64,000 nucleotides of DNA from Pelobium sp. (GTDB lineage Bacteria > Bacteroidota > Bacteroidia > Sphingobacteriales > Sphingobacteriaceae): contig CBDCMP010000004.1 in assembly GCA_965218985.1 (NCBI GenBank), positions 330,869 through 394,868 of the forward strand, given 5' to 3'. This document shows, piece after piece, positions 40,744-49,460 of the stretch. The translations under genes were made by a program, and so were the position numbers. The notes under the pieces were generated by a model. That model ran no database searches. It had not been told where the DNA came from and saw nothing but the letters and a program-made list of their open reading frames with translations. The stretch's first letter is position 1. Every line of letters begins with the position of its first letter.

Positions 40744-43539
40744 TTAATACTCGGCCAAATTTCCAAAATGTATATGATTATTATGATCATCATAAGGAGT
40801 TACATTTTTAAGCGCTTGATATTTGGATTTCTTTCCAACATAAATAGTTTGAAATCTATAAAACCTCATAGCATCAATTACGGACTGATTGTGTAATATT
40901 GCTTGTTTGTGTTGTGGTGTTTCCTCACCATCATTTAAATCTGGGATTTCATTACCTGCTCCAAAATCTTGATAACGCATATCATATGAAGCACCACTTG
41001 CATGAGCTACACTAATGTAACAGGTTCCATTTGAATATGCTCCACCATTAAAATAATGTGTAAATTGAATGGTTCTTATTAATGCCCCGAGAAACGCGGC
41101 CATGACTTTTGGGTTAAGATACATTCTTTCACTTTTGGTTAATATTATTAAATTTTGGTTATTAATTGGGAACACAAGTTTTCTAAATTTAACTCCATCT
41201 ATATAAACTTCTTGAAAAAGACTAGGGATGAATCTAACCATGAACACCCTCTTATTTAAACTTTCGTATTTAATAATTCCATGAGTGCCATTATCAGTAA
41301 CCCAAATATCTTTATTCGCATAGTAATAAAAATCATAACTTGTATTTTCACCCATTAATCCGTCCTTTTTAGTGCCGTTTGGAGGCACTGAAGTAAATTT
41401 AATCCTATTTTTCCTATCTAAATACTTGTTCCCATTTGAAACACCATCAATTTCTATTATATCACATTCACAAATTGTATACTCATTTCCATTTTCGTGA
41501 TGATAAATATATTTAATTCTATTACCTGATTGTATATAAGAAGGGGTCATTTTACCTTTTTGAAATACTTCACCTTTATTGTGATAAATATGAAACTCAA
41601 CCTGATTAGTGGCATCAGGAGTTTTATTAGCTGAAAACTCTTTGGAATTGTAGAAGAACCTGTCTATACTGTAAACAAGAATGGGCGAACCTGATTTGGT
41701 AGGTACAGCATAAGCCAAATCACCATTGCTATCCAGACCCTGTACTTTTAACTGATACTGATAAACTGCAAGGCCCACATTAGTCACCCCATCGAAATAG
41801 ACCGGTGGGCCATCCTGACCCAGATAAGGCTCTAAAAATAAATAGGTGTGATGTCCACTGTCTAAGGAATAAGCGGCTGTTTTAACTGCTTCCATTTCAG
41901 CCACTGTTAAACCTAAAAATAAAGCAGATTCCCTTTCTTTTAAATTATTGGTCTCGCAGTTCGTAATGCTTATTATCTTGATGTCCTCCTCATGTGGGCC
42001 ACTGGTATCCTTATTCTCAAACAACCTGGTTTCAATTGTCAAATACCTGCCTATCTTATCTGAAAAAGCTTTGCTGTTCAAATCCAGCTTGCTCACCTTG
42101 ACAGGATTGGGGTACTTTAATCCCGTGGTTCTGTACTGTACTTTTAAATTGGAATAAAAAAGCACTTTACCCTCATCCCAAAACGCACCATTGTTAGCTA
42201 TGTATTTGAACCCCCCCTCATGGCCATTGTTATTCAATTCTTCACCGATGTAGACCGGATTTGAATTCTCCACTTCTCTTAATTTTGAAGACGGACTACT
42301 AAAATCATCAGGGATCAGATCTATCGAACAAAAAGCATGGTCATAATACCTGTTGTTTCTTACAAATGGGCTTGGGGAAGTTTGATCTATGGCAGAATGA
42401 AAATAGTGCATTTTGACATAATAGGGCTTCGATGGAATGGTGAGGTCGATGTCTTTTGTCCATCCGGGATCAGCATCATCAATCAAATCATCAAAAAAAG
42501 GGGTATTTTGATTTTTTGATTTTAAACTTTTTGATTCAATATAGATCAAGGGTTTGATGTTGCCATCTGTGCGCAGTTTAAAGCTCAGATTGGCAATGTT
42601 TTCCAGGTAAATGACCGGCCAGCCTTCAGTTTCGTAATTTTGGAATGTAGCGTTATGATTTAAAACGATATACTGGTAATCCTGATAATAATTATAGGAA
42701 TAGCCTTTGTCACTTCTGATGTCCAGATACAACCTATCTTTGGTGAAAAATTTAGACAAAACATCCGTATATAATTCAGCTTCCTTTTTTTTGATGGTTG
42801 TTTTGGTCTGACCAGAATAAGTGGAGGTGTTCACCCCTGTTTTTTGGTATGATCCAAAAAAAGCTACCGGGTCAACGAAAGCCAAGATGGCTTCCCTTCT
42901 GGCTCTCAACGTTGATCCCGTTAAATTACTAACATCTATGACTGTTTGGTTATTTTTAACAAATTCTATGTCGACAGTGATTTTTTCAGGTTCTAAAATG
43001 ATTTCAAAACCGGTTTCTCCAGTAACAGATGAAACAAATTCACCAAACCATTCCCCTTCCTTTATTTGAATCGGGGCTATATTTATATTTGAACTTCTGA
43101 ATATTTCATTGATGCTCTTATCGGTGGACATGGAGTTGCTGTAGCCTAAAATCCCTGCATTATATAAATCAACATCTAATCTTGCATTATATATTCTTTG
43201 GATGAATTCATTGTTTGTTGAACTTTTTGGCACTAAAGCTGTTCCGTCAGCTGTTAGTAGACTTGCTTTTAAAATCCCCCTGTATATATAGTATTTCACT
43301 TTTGAAGTCACTTTACCGGAGCTCGAAACAGGCTCCAGAATGACATTGACCAGTAAAGGGTTTTCATTCGATTCCTGCACTACCATCATACAGTCTTCAC
43401 ACGCAAAGGCTGATGCATCCTCTTCTAACTGGAATTTAGAAGTCACCTTATATTTGGTGCTTGCTCCACCATCCACCGGCCCATATTTATCTAATGAGCT
43501 TTGTATTGGCAGTTTGGTATGGTCAATGAAGAAATGCAT
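40744..43539 (-). CDS. Putative polymorphic toxin, ~931 aa, LAS Zn-peptidase C-terminus (allele 1)
   Basis: ATG start at 43539 by alignment with allele 2 (MHFFIDHTKLP); HASGASYD and HNNHIH motifs. Confidence 0.7.
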   Translation of the reverse strand: MHFFIDHTKLPIQSSLDKYGPVDGGASTKYKVTSKFQLEEDASAFACEDCMMVVQESNENPLLVNVILEPVSSSGKVTSKVKYYIYRGILKASLLTADGTALVPKSSTNNEFIQRIYNARLDVDLYNAGILGYSNSMSTDKSINEIFRSSNINIAPIQIKEGEWFGEFVSSVTGETGFEIILEPEKITVDIEFVKNNQTVIDVSNLTGSTLRARREAILAFVDPVAFFGSYQKTGVNTSTYSGQTKTTIKKKEAELYTDVLSKFFTKDRLYLDIRSDKGYSYNYYQDYQYIVLNHNATFQNYETEGWPVIYLENIANLSFKLRTDGNIKPLIYIESKSLKSKNQNTPFFDDLIDDADPGWTKDIDLTIPSKPYYVKMHYFHSAIDQTSPSPFVRNNRYYDHAFCSIDLIPDDFSSPSSKLREVENSNPVYIGEELNNNGHEGGFKYIANNGAFWDEGKVLFYSNLKVQYRTTGLKYPNPVKVSKLDLNSKAFSDKIGRYLTIETRLFENKDTSGPHEEDIKIISITNCETNNLKERESALFLGLTVAEMEAVKTAAYSLDSGHHTYLFLEPYLGQDGPPVYFDGVTNVGLAVYQYQLKVQGLDSNGDLAYAVPTKSGSPILVYSIDRFFYNSKEFSANKTPDATNQVEFHIYHNKGEVFQKGKMTPSYIQSGNRIKYIYHHENGNEYTICECDIIEIDGVSNGNKYLDRKNRIKFTSVPPNGTKKDGLMGENTSYDFYYYANKDIWVTDNGTHGIIKYESLNKRVFMVRFIPSLFQEVYIDGVKFRKLVFPINNQNLIILTKSERMYLNPKVMAAFLGALIRTIQFTHYFNGGAYSNGTCYISVAHASGASYDMRYQDFGAGNEIPDLNDGEETPQHKQAILHNQSVIDAMRFYRFQTIYVGKKSKYQALKNVTPYDDHNNHIHFGNLAEY

Positions 43540-43600
43540 CAGACAAAAAAATTTAACCTTGAAATATGGGGTCAAATTAGCTCATTGACCGGGCATTGTC

Positions 43601-43620
43601 AATACCACTAAAGTGGTATT
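43601..43620. promoter_or_regulatory. Palindromic operator-like site upstream of toxin allele 1
   Basis: Identical AATACCACT-AA-AGTGGTATT. Confidence 0.5.
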
Positions 43621-43694
43621 TTTAATGATCAGGACAGGGGGCCTGTCTGTTTCTTTTGGTGGTGTGGCTGGCCTGCGGAATTGGCACCCCCAAT

Positions 43695-43848
43695 GGCAAG
43701 TCTTAATGCCAGTGCTCTGTGGGTAGGCCTGACTTGTGCTTTTTTATTTCTTCTACTGTTGTAAAACAATTATTTTTATTAAACCTTTTCCATCTTGATT
43801 AAAGCACAAGCCTCCTAATGTTCTTTGCCATCACTCGAAAGACTTGCG
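43695..43848. repeat. Inverted pair of REP-like stems (GCACAAGTCT/AGACTTGTGC family)
   Basis: GGCAAGTC...GACTTGTGCT (43695-43740) and AGCACAAGCCT...AGACTTGCG (43803-43848). Confidence 0.5.
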
Positions 43849-44033
43849 AAATGAGGCTAAAATTTAGAACCATTTAGTGGCTTTTGAAGTAGAAAATCTC
43901 GCCATCCAATAACTATTTCTTTAAAATCAATCGTTGATAATTGTAATTCCGGATTATTGTAGCATGAATCCCCCCGCTGAAACAACTCTTTCAAGCAGCT
44001 TATACGGACTTTCTATAGAAGAAATGTTTCATA

Positions 44034-44067
44034 TAGCCCATGTTTTAAACCATGGGCTATATTTTTG
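44034..44067. terminator. Terminator-like hairpin
   Basis: ATAGCCCATG-ttttaaac-CATGGGCTAT followed by ATTTTT. Confidence 0.45.
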
Positions 44068-44312
44068 AACACCTTGGAATTTTTTTACAGTAATTTTGTT
44101 TCTATGTTTAAAATTCCGATAATTAGATATTTACATTTTCATTTTATTATGGATTATTTTACCAGGTTTAATATAAGAAACTGATTATCAGGGATTCAAA
44201 GAAATATCTGTAAAATCCCTTAAGATAAATAATTTTTTACTGGGCAAGAACAACCCAATAAATTGAAGTCATCTTCGAATAATATGAATTATAAATCATC
44301 AAAACTTAAAGT

Positions 44313-45133
44313 ATGAAATCCTGGAGACTAAACTGGACTTTAAATGAACTGTTTTCTACCGATAACTATGTTAAGCATAAGGAAGCACTCGAATCCAAAT
44401 CAATTTTCTGGCTTACACTTGCAGTAAAATTTTCCCTCAAGTATGGAAGAAGCCCATATTATTACGTCTTAAAGAAGGCGGGGCATTTTATGTGAAGGAA
44501 TTCATGACTTTATATATCTATAAAGAAATATTTGTTGATAAATGTTACGATTATCCGGCATTACCTGTAAAAGATCCTGTTATCATGGATATAGGAGGCA
44601 ATATCGGCTTGTTTTCATTGAGAATGAAGCAATTATACCCAGATGCTGAGATTTTCTCTTTCGAGCCGTTCCAATCAAATTTTGAACAGCTTACCTCTAC
44701 CGTTGAAGTAAGTAAATTAAAAAATGTATCAGCCTTTCCATTCGGTATTGGCGGAACAACTAGAAAGGAGAGACTTTATATTCACAAAAATAATGTAAGC
44801 GGACACAGCATCTTGCAATCAGAAACTAATAGTGATGTATATACCGATATCGAACTGGTATCTATCCGCGAAATTTTTAAAAAGTTAAAAATCACTAAAT
44901 GTCATTTGTTGAAAATGGATTGTGAAGGTGCTGAGTACGAAATAATAAAAAATATAGACCGTGAATTAGCAGCTTCTATTGAAAAAATTGTTTTTGAAGC
45001 CACTCCTAGTTTATATGACCTTAATGAACTGTTAGGACATTTAAAGAATGTTGGATTTAATATGGTTGATAGGGATGGACTTTGTGTTGCAATCAATAAT
45101 ACTGAGGTAAAAAGCGTTTCTGAGCCGTACTAG
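44313..45133 (+). CDS. FkbM family methyltransferase; 5' end (44313-44491) apparently frameshifted
   Basis: IMDIGGNIGLFS, FEP and LLKMDCEGAEY motifs in 44492-45133; upstream frames join into a plausible N-terminus. Confidence 0.8.
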
Positions 45134-45282
45134 TGCACTAGTGTAGCTAAAATTAATTAAGCAACATAGTGTTTAGATGGTTTATGATCGGCTTCTTGTC
45201 GCATATATGGCCATTTTTTCGTCCAATGGCGCAAAGTATGCAGCCCCGGCCTGGTGCAGCTGTGTACTTGTGCCGTGGCTTT

Positions 45283-45420
45283 TTAAAACCTCCCATTATT
45301 ATAAACCATTGAAGAATCCACAAACTTTATGGGCAGCATCCCTTTCATACTACAATAATCCCTTGCACTACTGTACAGGTAATCTTCTGCTTTTTCTACA
45401 ATACCTGCTGTCAACCAGTA
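45283..45420 (-). pseudogene. C-terminal remnant of a REP-associated (RAYT/IS200-like) tyrosine transposase
   Basis: AGIVEKAEDYLYSSARDY tail motif; no HUH part visible. Confidence 0.6.
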
Positions 45421-45496
45421 CGCCCTTATTCCCTGGCTGCATACTTTGCACCAAAAACTTGCTACCTGCCTGCCCCATCGCTGCCCCTTGCCTGCC
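45416..45496 (+). repeat. Direct repeat copy 1 flanking a two-gene cassette
   Basis: CAGTAC(G/C)CCCTTATTCCCTGGCTGCATACTTTGCACCAAA...CCCCATCGCTGCC also at 46334-46433; inverted core at 45228-45245. Confidence 0.75.
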
Positions 45497-45672
45497 TTTT
45501 TGGCTTTGGTTTTCATTAAATGAAGCTAAGCCTATACCTCATCAACATCAATAACCCTAAAGGGTGGTTTTATTTTTTAAAAAAAGAAATAAATCTGGTA
45601 AAAAAACAAATAAAATCCTTTTTTTATCCTTTTTTTATCCATAAATTTACCACTGTTTTAAAATTCAATAAA

Positions 45673-45894
45673 ATGGAAATAAGAATAAATGTAGATGATG
45701 ATTTTGTTAAAAGCTTAAGTGAGAAGCTGGGAGTAAGTAAAACTTCTGCACTCACCACCGAGGCATTAACGTTGTTAAATTGGGCCGCGAATGAAGCGAA
45801 AGCAGGCAGAGTAATCCTTTCGGCAAATCAGGAAGGAAAGGAATTAAAACAGCTATCAATGCCAGCATTGGAAAAAATCAAAGTAACAAAGTAA
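45673..45894 (+). CDS. Small ribbon-helix-helix-like protein, 73 aa
   Basis: MEIRINVDDDFVKSLSEKLG strand-helix pattern, then TEALTLLNWAANE; ATG 45673 preferred over 45520. Confidence 0.55.
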   Translation: MEIRINVDDDFVKSLSEKLGVSKTSALTTEALTLLNWAANEAKAGRVILSANQEGKELKQLSMPALEKIKVTK

Positions 45895-45899
45895 ATCAT

Positions 45900-45931
45900 A
45901 AAGACTGTCTGTAAAAAGGCAGTCTTTTTTA
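45900..45931 (+). terminator. Terminator-like hairpin between the two cassette genes
   Basis: AAAGACTGTC-tgtaaaaa-GGCAGTCTTT then T-run. Confidence 0.5.
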
Positions 45932-45942
45932 TTATTTGACCT

Positions 45943-46302
45943 ATGGAGTCCATTGACCTAAAAGGGGTAGAAAAAGAGGTGCCTGAAGTGCCAGCCCTTC
46001 AAACATTATCAGGGATTAAAAAAGCTGGTTTTTGGTTGGCCATTTTTTCTTTGAGTATTATGACCCTATTTATTCTTTTCCTCATCGTTTTTTTCTTTGT
46101 GAGCGACCTGGATGCTTCATCTGCCATGCTGATGAAAACAAGTTTCAATGCAGAAGCTTTTAAAGCACTTAGTGCAGAAAAGAAGGCCTATCGAGACTTT
46201 GTACTGGAGATGAGCAAGACTGTTCTTTTAAATCTGATGCTGCCTATTCTCACTGCTATTTTGGGTTATATCTTTGGTTCGTCCAGAGAAGGGAAAGCGT
46301 AG
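45943..46302 (+). CDS. Hypothetical two-TM membrane protein
   Basis: Two hydrophobic helices, C-terminal LPILTAILGYIFGS. Confidence 0.65.
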   Translation: MESIDLKGVEKEVPEVPALQTLSGIKKAGFWLAIFSLSIMTLFILFLIVFFFVSDLDASSAMLMKTSFNAEAFKALSAEKKAYRDFVLEMSKTVLLNLMLPILTAILGYIFGSSREGKA

Positions 46303-46333
46303 TTAAAATACTATAGCTATTATTGGATATCAG

Positions 46334-46433
46334 CAGTACCCCCTTATTCCCTGGCTGCATACTTTGCACCAAACAGGGTACAGCTTGCTACCAACCTGCC
46401 ACCTCCCTGCCCCATCGCTGCCTCTTGCCTGCC
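46334..46433 (+). repeat. Direct repeat copy 2 flanking the cassette
   Basis: First ~40 bp nearly identical to 45416-45455; downstream part similar with insertions. Confidence 0.75.
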
Positions 46434-46649
46434 CCCCTGTTGCCTCCCGCGTGCCTCCCGCCTGCCCACCAGAGGCAGCAAACAGGCACCGGCAAGTAGC
46501 AGGGTTGAGGCGGTAAGAGGAAACTGAGGACGCATGTTGGTATTATCATCTATGCACAAAAGCCTTAGGGTGATCAAGGGCGGCGGGCCGTGGCACAAAG
46601 TGGTCGTACCAATTGCGCACTATTCCCGCCAGTTGCTTGTCTCCGGAAA

Positions 46650-47060
46650 TCAAAAGTCAAACCTTTCCCCTCTGTTTATTTTTTTAAGTGCCTGTTTCCT
46701 TTTATCATCCAGCCTGTTTTTAACAGCTGATTTACCGGGTTTGCCTGGTTTCCGCTTCTTTTGCTCTTTTAAACTTTCACTGATCAGTTTTATGGTCTTA
46801 TGAACGGCAATGTGCTTGTTTTTGAGCTGCGTCCGCTCCTCTTCAGCCACCACCTGCAGCATACCTTCCTTATTGATTCTGTTCTTTAATGCAAGGGCAA
46901 TCTGATGTTTCTCCTCATCAGAGAAAAAGCCGGAAGCTTGGTAGTCCCAAAGCAATTCCACTTTGGTTTCCACCTTGTTCACATGCTGGCCACCTTTGCC
47001 ACCGCTTCTGGAGGTTTTAAATTGGAACTCTTTTGCCAATGCTGCGCTGTCTATATTCAT
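46650..47060 (-). CDS. arfB: Alternative ribosome rescue peptidyl-tRNA hydrolase ArfB
   Basis: SRSGGKGGQHVNKVETKV GGQ motif, basic C-tail; start MNIDS at 47060. Confidence 0.92.
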   Translation of the reverse strand: MNIDSAALAKEFQFKTSRSGGKGGQHVNKVETKVELLWDYQASGFFSDEEKHQIALALKNRINKEGMLQVVAEEERTQLKNKHIAVHKTIKLISESLKEQKKRKPGKPGKSAVKNRLDDKRKQALKKINRGERFDF

Positions 47061-47269
47061 GATGGATGCTAAATTAGCTAAACAGGAGCAGGAACAATGC
47101 CTTTTTGTTTGATAACTTTGTTGATAGAAGGATGCAACTCTCATTGAAAAATAACAATAACGGAGAACAGTTTTTGGCCTGAGGAACTTTCTCCCGCACT
47201 TCCGGTGATAAAATTAAAAACAGAGATTTATGAAACAGATTTCCGGGCATTCAATTAACTTTGCCTTCA

Positions 47270-47947
47270 ATGAATAAAAATATCGTCGTTGCCATTGATG
47301 GGTATTCATCCTGCGGTAAAAGCACCTTAGCTAAAGCTTTGGCAAAAAAACTTCATTTTATTTATGTAGATAGCGGGGCCATGTACAGAGCAGTGACTTT
47401 GTATTTTTTAAGGAACAACACCGATCTCAGCAACCACGACTTAATCATTGATGCACTGGACCACATTGACCTGAATTTCCATTCCCGGGATTATGAATCG
47501 CATATTCTGTTGAACGGAGAAGAGGTTTCTGAGGAGATCCGGCAGATGCTGGTCTCTGAAAATGTGAGCAGAATCTCCGCTATCAAAGAGGTGAGACAGG
47601 CCATGGTGAAGCAGCAGCAGAAAATGGGGCGTTCAAAAAACATGGTGATGGATGGCCGTGATATTGGCACGGTGGTTTTCCCAAATGCACAGCTAAAATT
47701 ATTCATGACCGCCGACCCAAAGATACGAGCGGAAAGAAGATATAAGGAGCTCAGCGCAAAAGGAGAGGAGGTGAGCCTGGAGGAGATTTTCGAAAACATT
47801 GCGCACCGCGATTTTCAGGACACTACCCGCGAGGAAAGCCCGTTGATGAGGGCCGAACAGGCGATTGTGCTGGATAACACCAACCTCACGCCGGAAGAAC
47901 AGCTGGATTTTGCATTAGAAAAAGTAAGTCCTTTTCTTAATCCCTGA
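47270..47947 (+). CDS. cmk: Cytidylate kinase
   Basis: IDGYSSCGKST, DSGAMYRA, DGRDIG. Confidence 0.96.
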   Translation: MNKNIVVAIDGYSSCGKSTLAKALAKKLHFIYVDSGAMYRAVTLYFLRNNTDLSNHDLIIDALDHIDLNFHSRDYESHILLNGEEVSEEIRQMLVSENVSRISAIKEVRQAMVKQQQKMGRSKNMVMDGRDIGTVVFPNAQLKLFMTADPKIRAERRYKELSAKGEEVSLEEIFENIAHRDFQDTTREESPLMRAEQAIVLDNTNLTPEEQLDFALEKVSPFLNP

Positions 47948-49214
47948 ACACCCAACCCTTTATCCTGCCCTGTTGTAAATACAGGGAGTCTTTTTTAAAA
48001 CCCAGGACAGTGTAGGCGGATTTCGGGTCAAAATTTCCAATAGCAGTTTGTTGTTCACCTGTTTCATCAAAAATATAAGCACGCTTTTGCAAGGGTTTGA
48101 TCTTGATTTTGGGGCTGCCTATATTTAGCTGCGCAGAATTTTTGATCGCTCCCGATTCAACTTTGTAGGTGATGCCTGCAGTGGAGACCCCCAGGATAGC
48201 AATCGGGATCAGGTCACCGTCCTGATGGATCATCACTTCCTCGCCTAAATATTTGACTGCTGATCTCACTTTTCCGGCTACACTGTCACGCTTTAAAATA
48301 TAGTTCAACGGATCAATGGCTCCTCCGGCGGTGTATATCCCGAAATGTAAATGAGGAGAAGTGCTAAGTGCATTGCCGGTGTTGCCCATCAAACCTAAAA
48401 CTTCACCTTTCTTCACTGCCTTTCCGGGAGAGACTAATTGACTATCTAAATGTGCATAGTAGATGGATGGCCCCATCAATCCCAGGCGTTCCCAAACCAC
48501 TTTTCCTCCTAACTTCGTTGTTTGCACCCTTGAAATTACGCCATCACCCACTGCCAAAATGGGAGTTCCTCTTTCATAGAAGATGTCCACTCCTTCATGT
48601 TTTCTCACACCTCCATCCCTGGAACTGCCCCAAAAACTCTGAATGTTCCTGTTGCCTCCGCCTTTTACCGGGAATGACAATTTAGGCAAGGGAGCGATTT
48701 CTATTTCCACATGCTCATTGACCAAGAGCTGAGGTTGGATTCTCAATAATAAGGTTTGATCATGATCATCCTCATAGATGAAGGAAGTGTCTTTCAGTTG
48801 TTCACTCATGATACGCTTTAAATCTCCATCACTTTTAAATAAATCCACAAACACCCCCTTCTGGTCTTTTCCTGTTGCTTTCAAAGTGAATTTTATCTTG
48901 CTGCTTTTTTGATAGGAGATTTGGTAGGCTATGGCGGAGGGATCATGTTGCTGAAAAAACAGCTCCTCTTTAAAGGGGTAGTTAAGCTGCGTATTAGGAT
49001 CAGAAAGCACTTGCGCCCCCTTGTCGATCCAACTTTTGCCCATGTTTGTCTCCGCCAGCCCAGCGGTTTTTAAGGATTGGATGTAAGATTTATAGGGGGA
49101 AGTTTTAAAAATGCTTTTACACGAGGAGACGATTAAAATACCCATCAGAAAAATATAATTATTCCTGCTCATCTTCATCTTTTGATTTTGGAAAATCATC
49201 ATATTGCTGCTCAT
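47937..49214 (-). CDS. M23 family metallopeptidase lipoprotein
   Basis: HEGVDI, YYAHLD, HLHFG motifs; lipobox VSSC; start uncertain. Confidence 0.9.
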   Translation of the reverse strand: MSSNMMIFQNQKMKMSRNNYIFLMGILIVSSCKSIFKTSPYKSYIQSLKTAGLAETNMGKSWIDKGAQVLSDPNTQLNYPFKEELFFQQHDPSAIAYQISYQKSSKIKFTLKATGKDQKGVFVDLFKSDGDLKRIMSEQLKDTSFIYEDDHDQTLLLRIQPQLLVNEHVEIEIAPLPKLSFPVKGGGNRNIQSFWGSSRDGGVRKHEGVDIFYERGTPILAVGDGVISRVQTTKLGGKVVWERLGLMGPSIYYAHLDSQLVSPGKAVKKGEVLGLMGNTGNALSTSPHLHFGIYTAGGAIDPLNYILKRDSVAGKVRSAVKYLGEEVMIHQDGDLIPIAILGVSTAGITYKVESGAIKNSAQLNIGSPKIKIKPLQKRAYIFDETGEQQTAIGNFDPKSAYTVLGFKKDSLYLQQGRIKGWVFRD

Positions 49215-49383
49215 CCTGCGGCAGGTCGAATAAGGATTTTGATGCCGGGTGCTGCTCGCTCACATCTTTGATGGAGATGACCGCTTTCTCTGGTTTATCC
49301 GTGTGTTTAGCTTCTCTGCTGGAGGAGATGGAATCCTGGTTCTTTTCTTCAATTGCACGCTCCTTTGAATTTTTTGTTTTCAT
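49159..49383 (-). CDS. Small charged hypothetical protein
   Basis: 74-aa ORF with ATG; overlaps the putative M23 5' end. Confidence 0.4.
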   Translation of the reverse strand: MKTKNSKERAIEEKNQDSISSSREAKHTDKPEKAVISIKDVSEQHPASKSLFDLPQDEQQYDDFPKSKDEDEQE

Positions 49384-49460
49384 CCTGTATCGTTTTTAGA
49401 GATGATGCAGAAATTGTGCCTGTTTAGATTAAGGATAAATCCATTGACTCATCAGCGTGC

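Noticed and set aside
17368-43684. T6SS, eCIS/tailocin, CDI or T9SS cargo cluster
   Set aside because: No recognisable sheath, tube, VgrG/PAAR, baseplate, TpsB, RHS/YD repeats, signal peptides or T9SS CTDs; remote homology cannot be excluded without searches.
45283-45516. 77-aa ORF as a real gene
   Set aside because: Its first half is read from the non-coding direct repeat; only the second half is a transposase tail.
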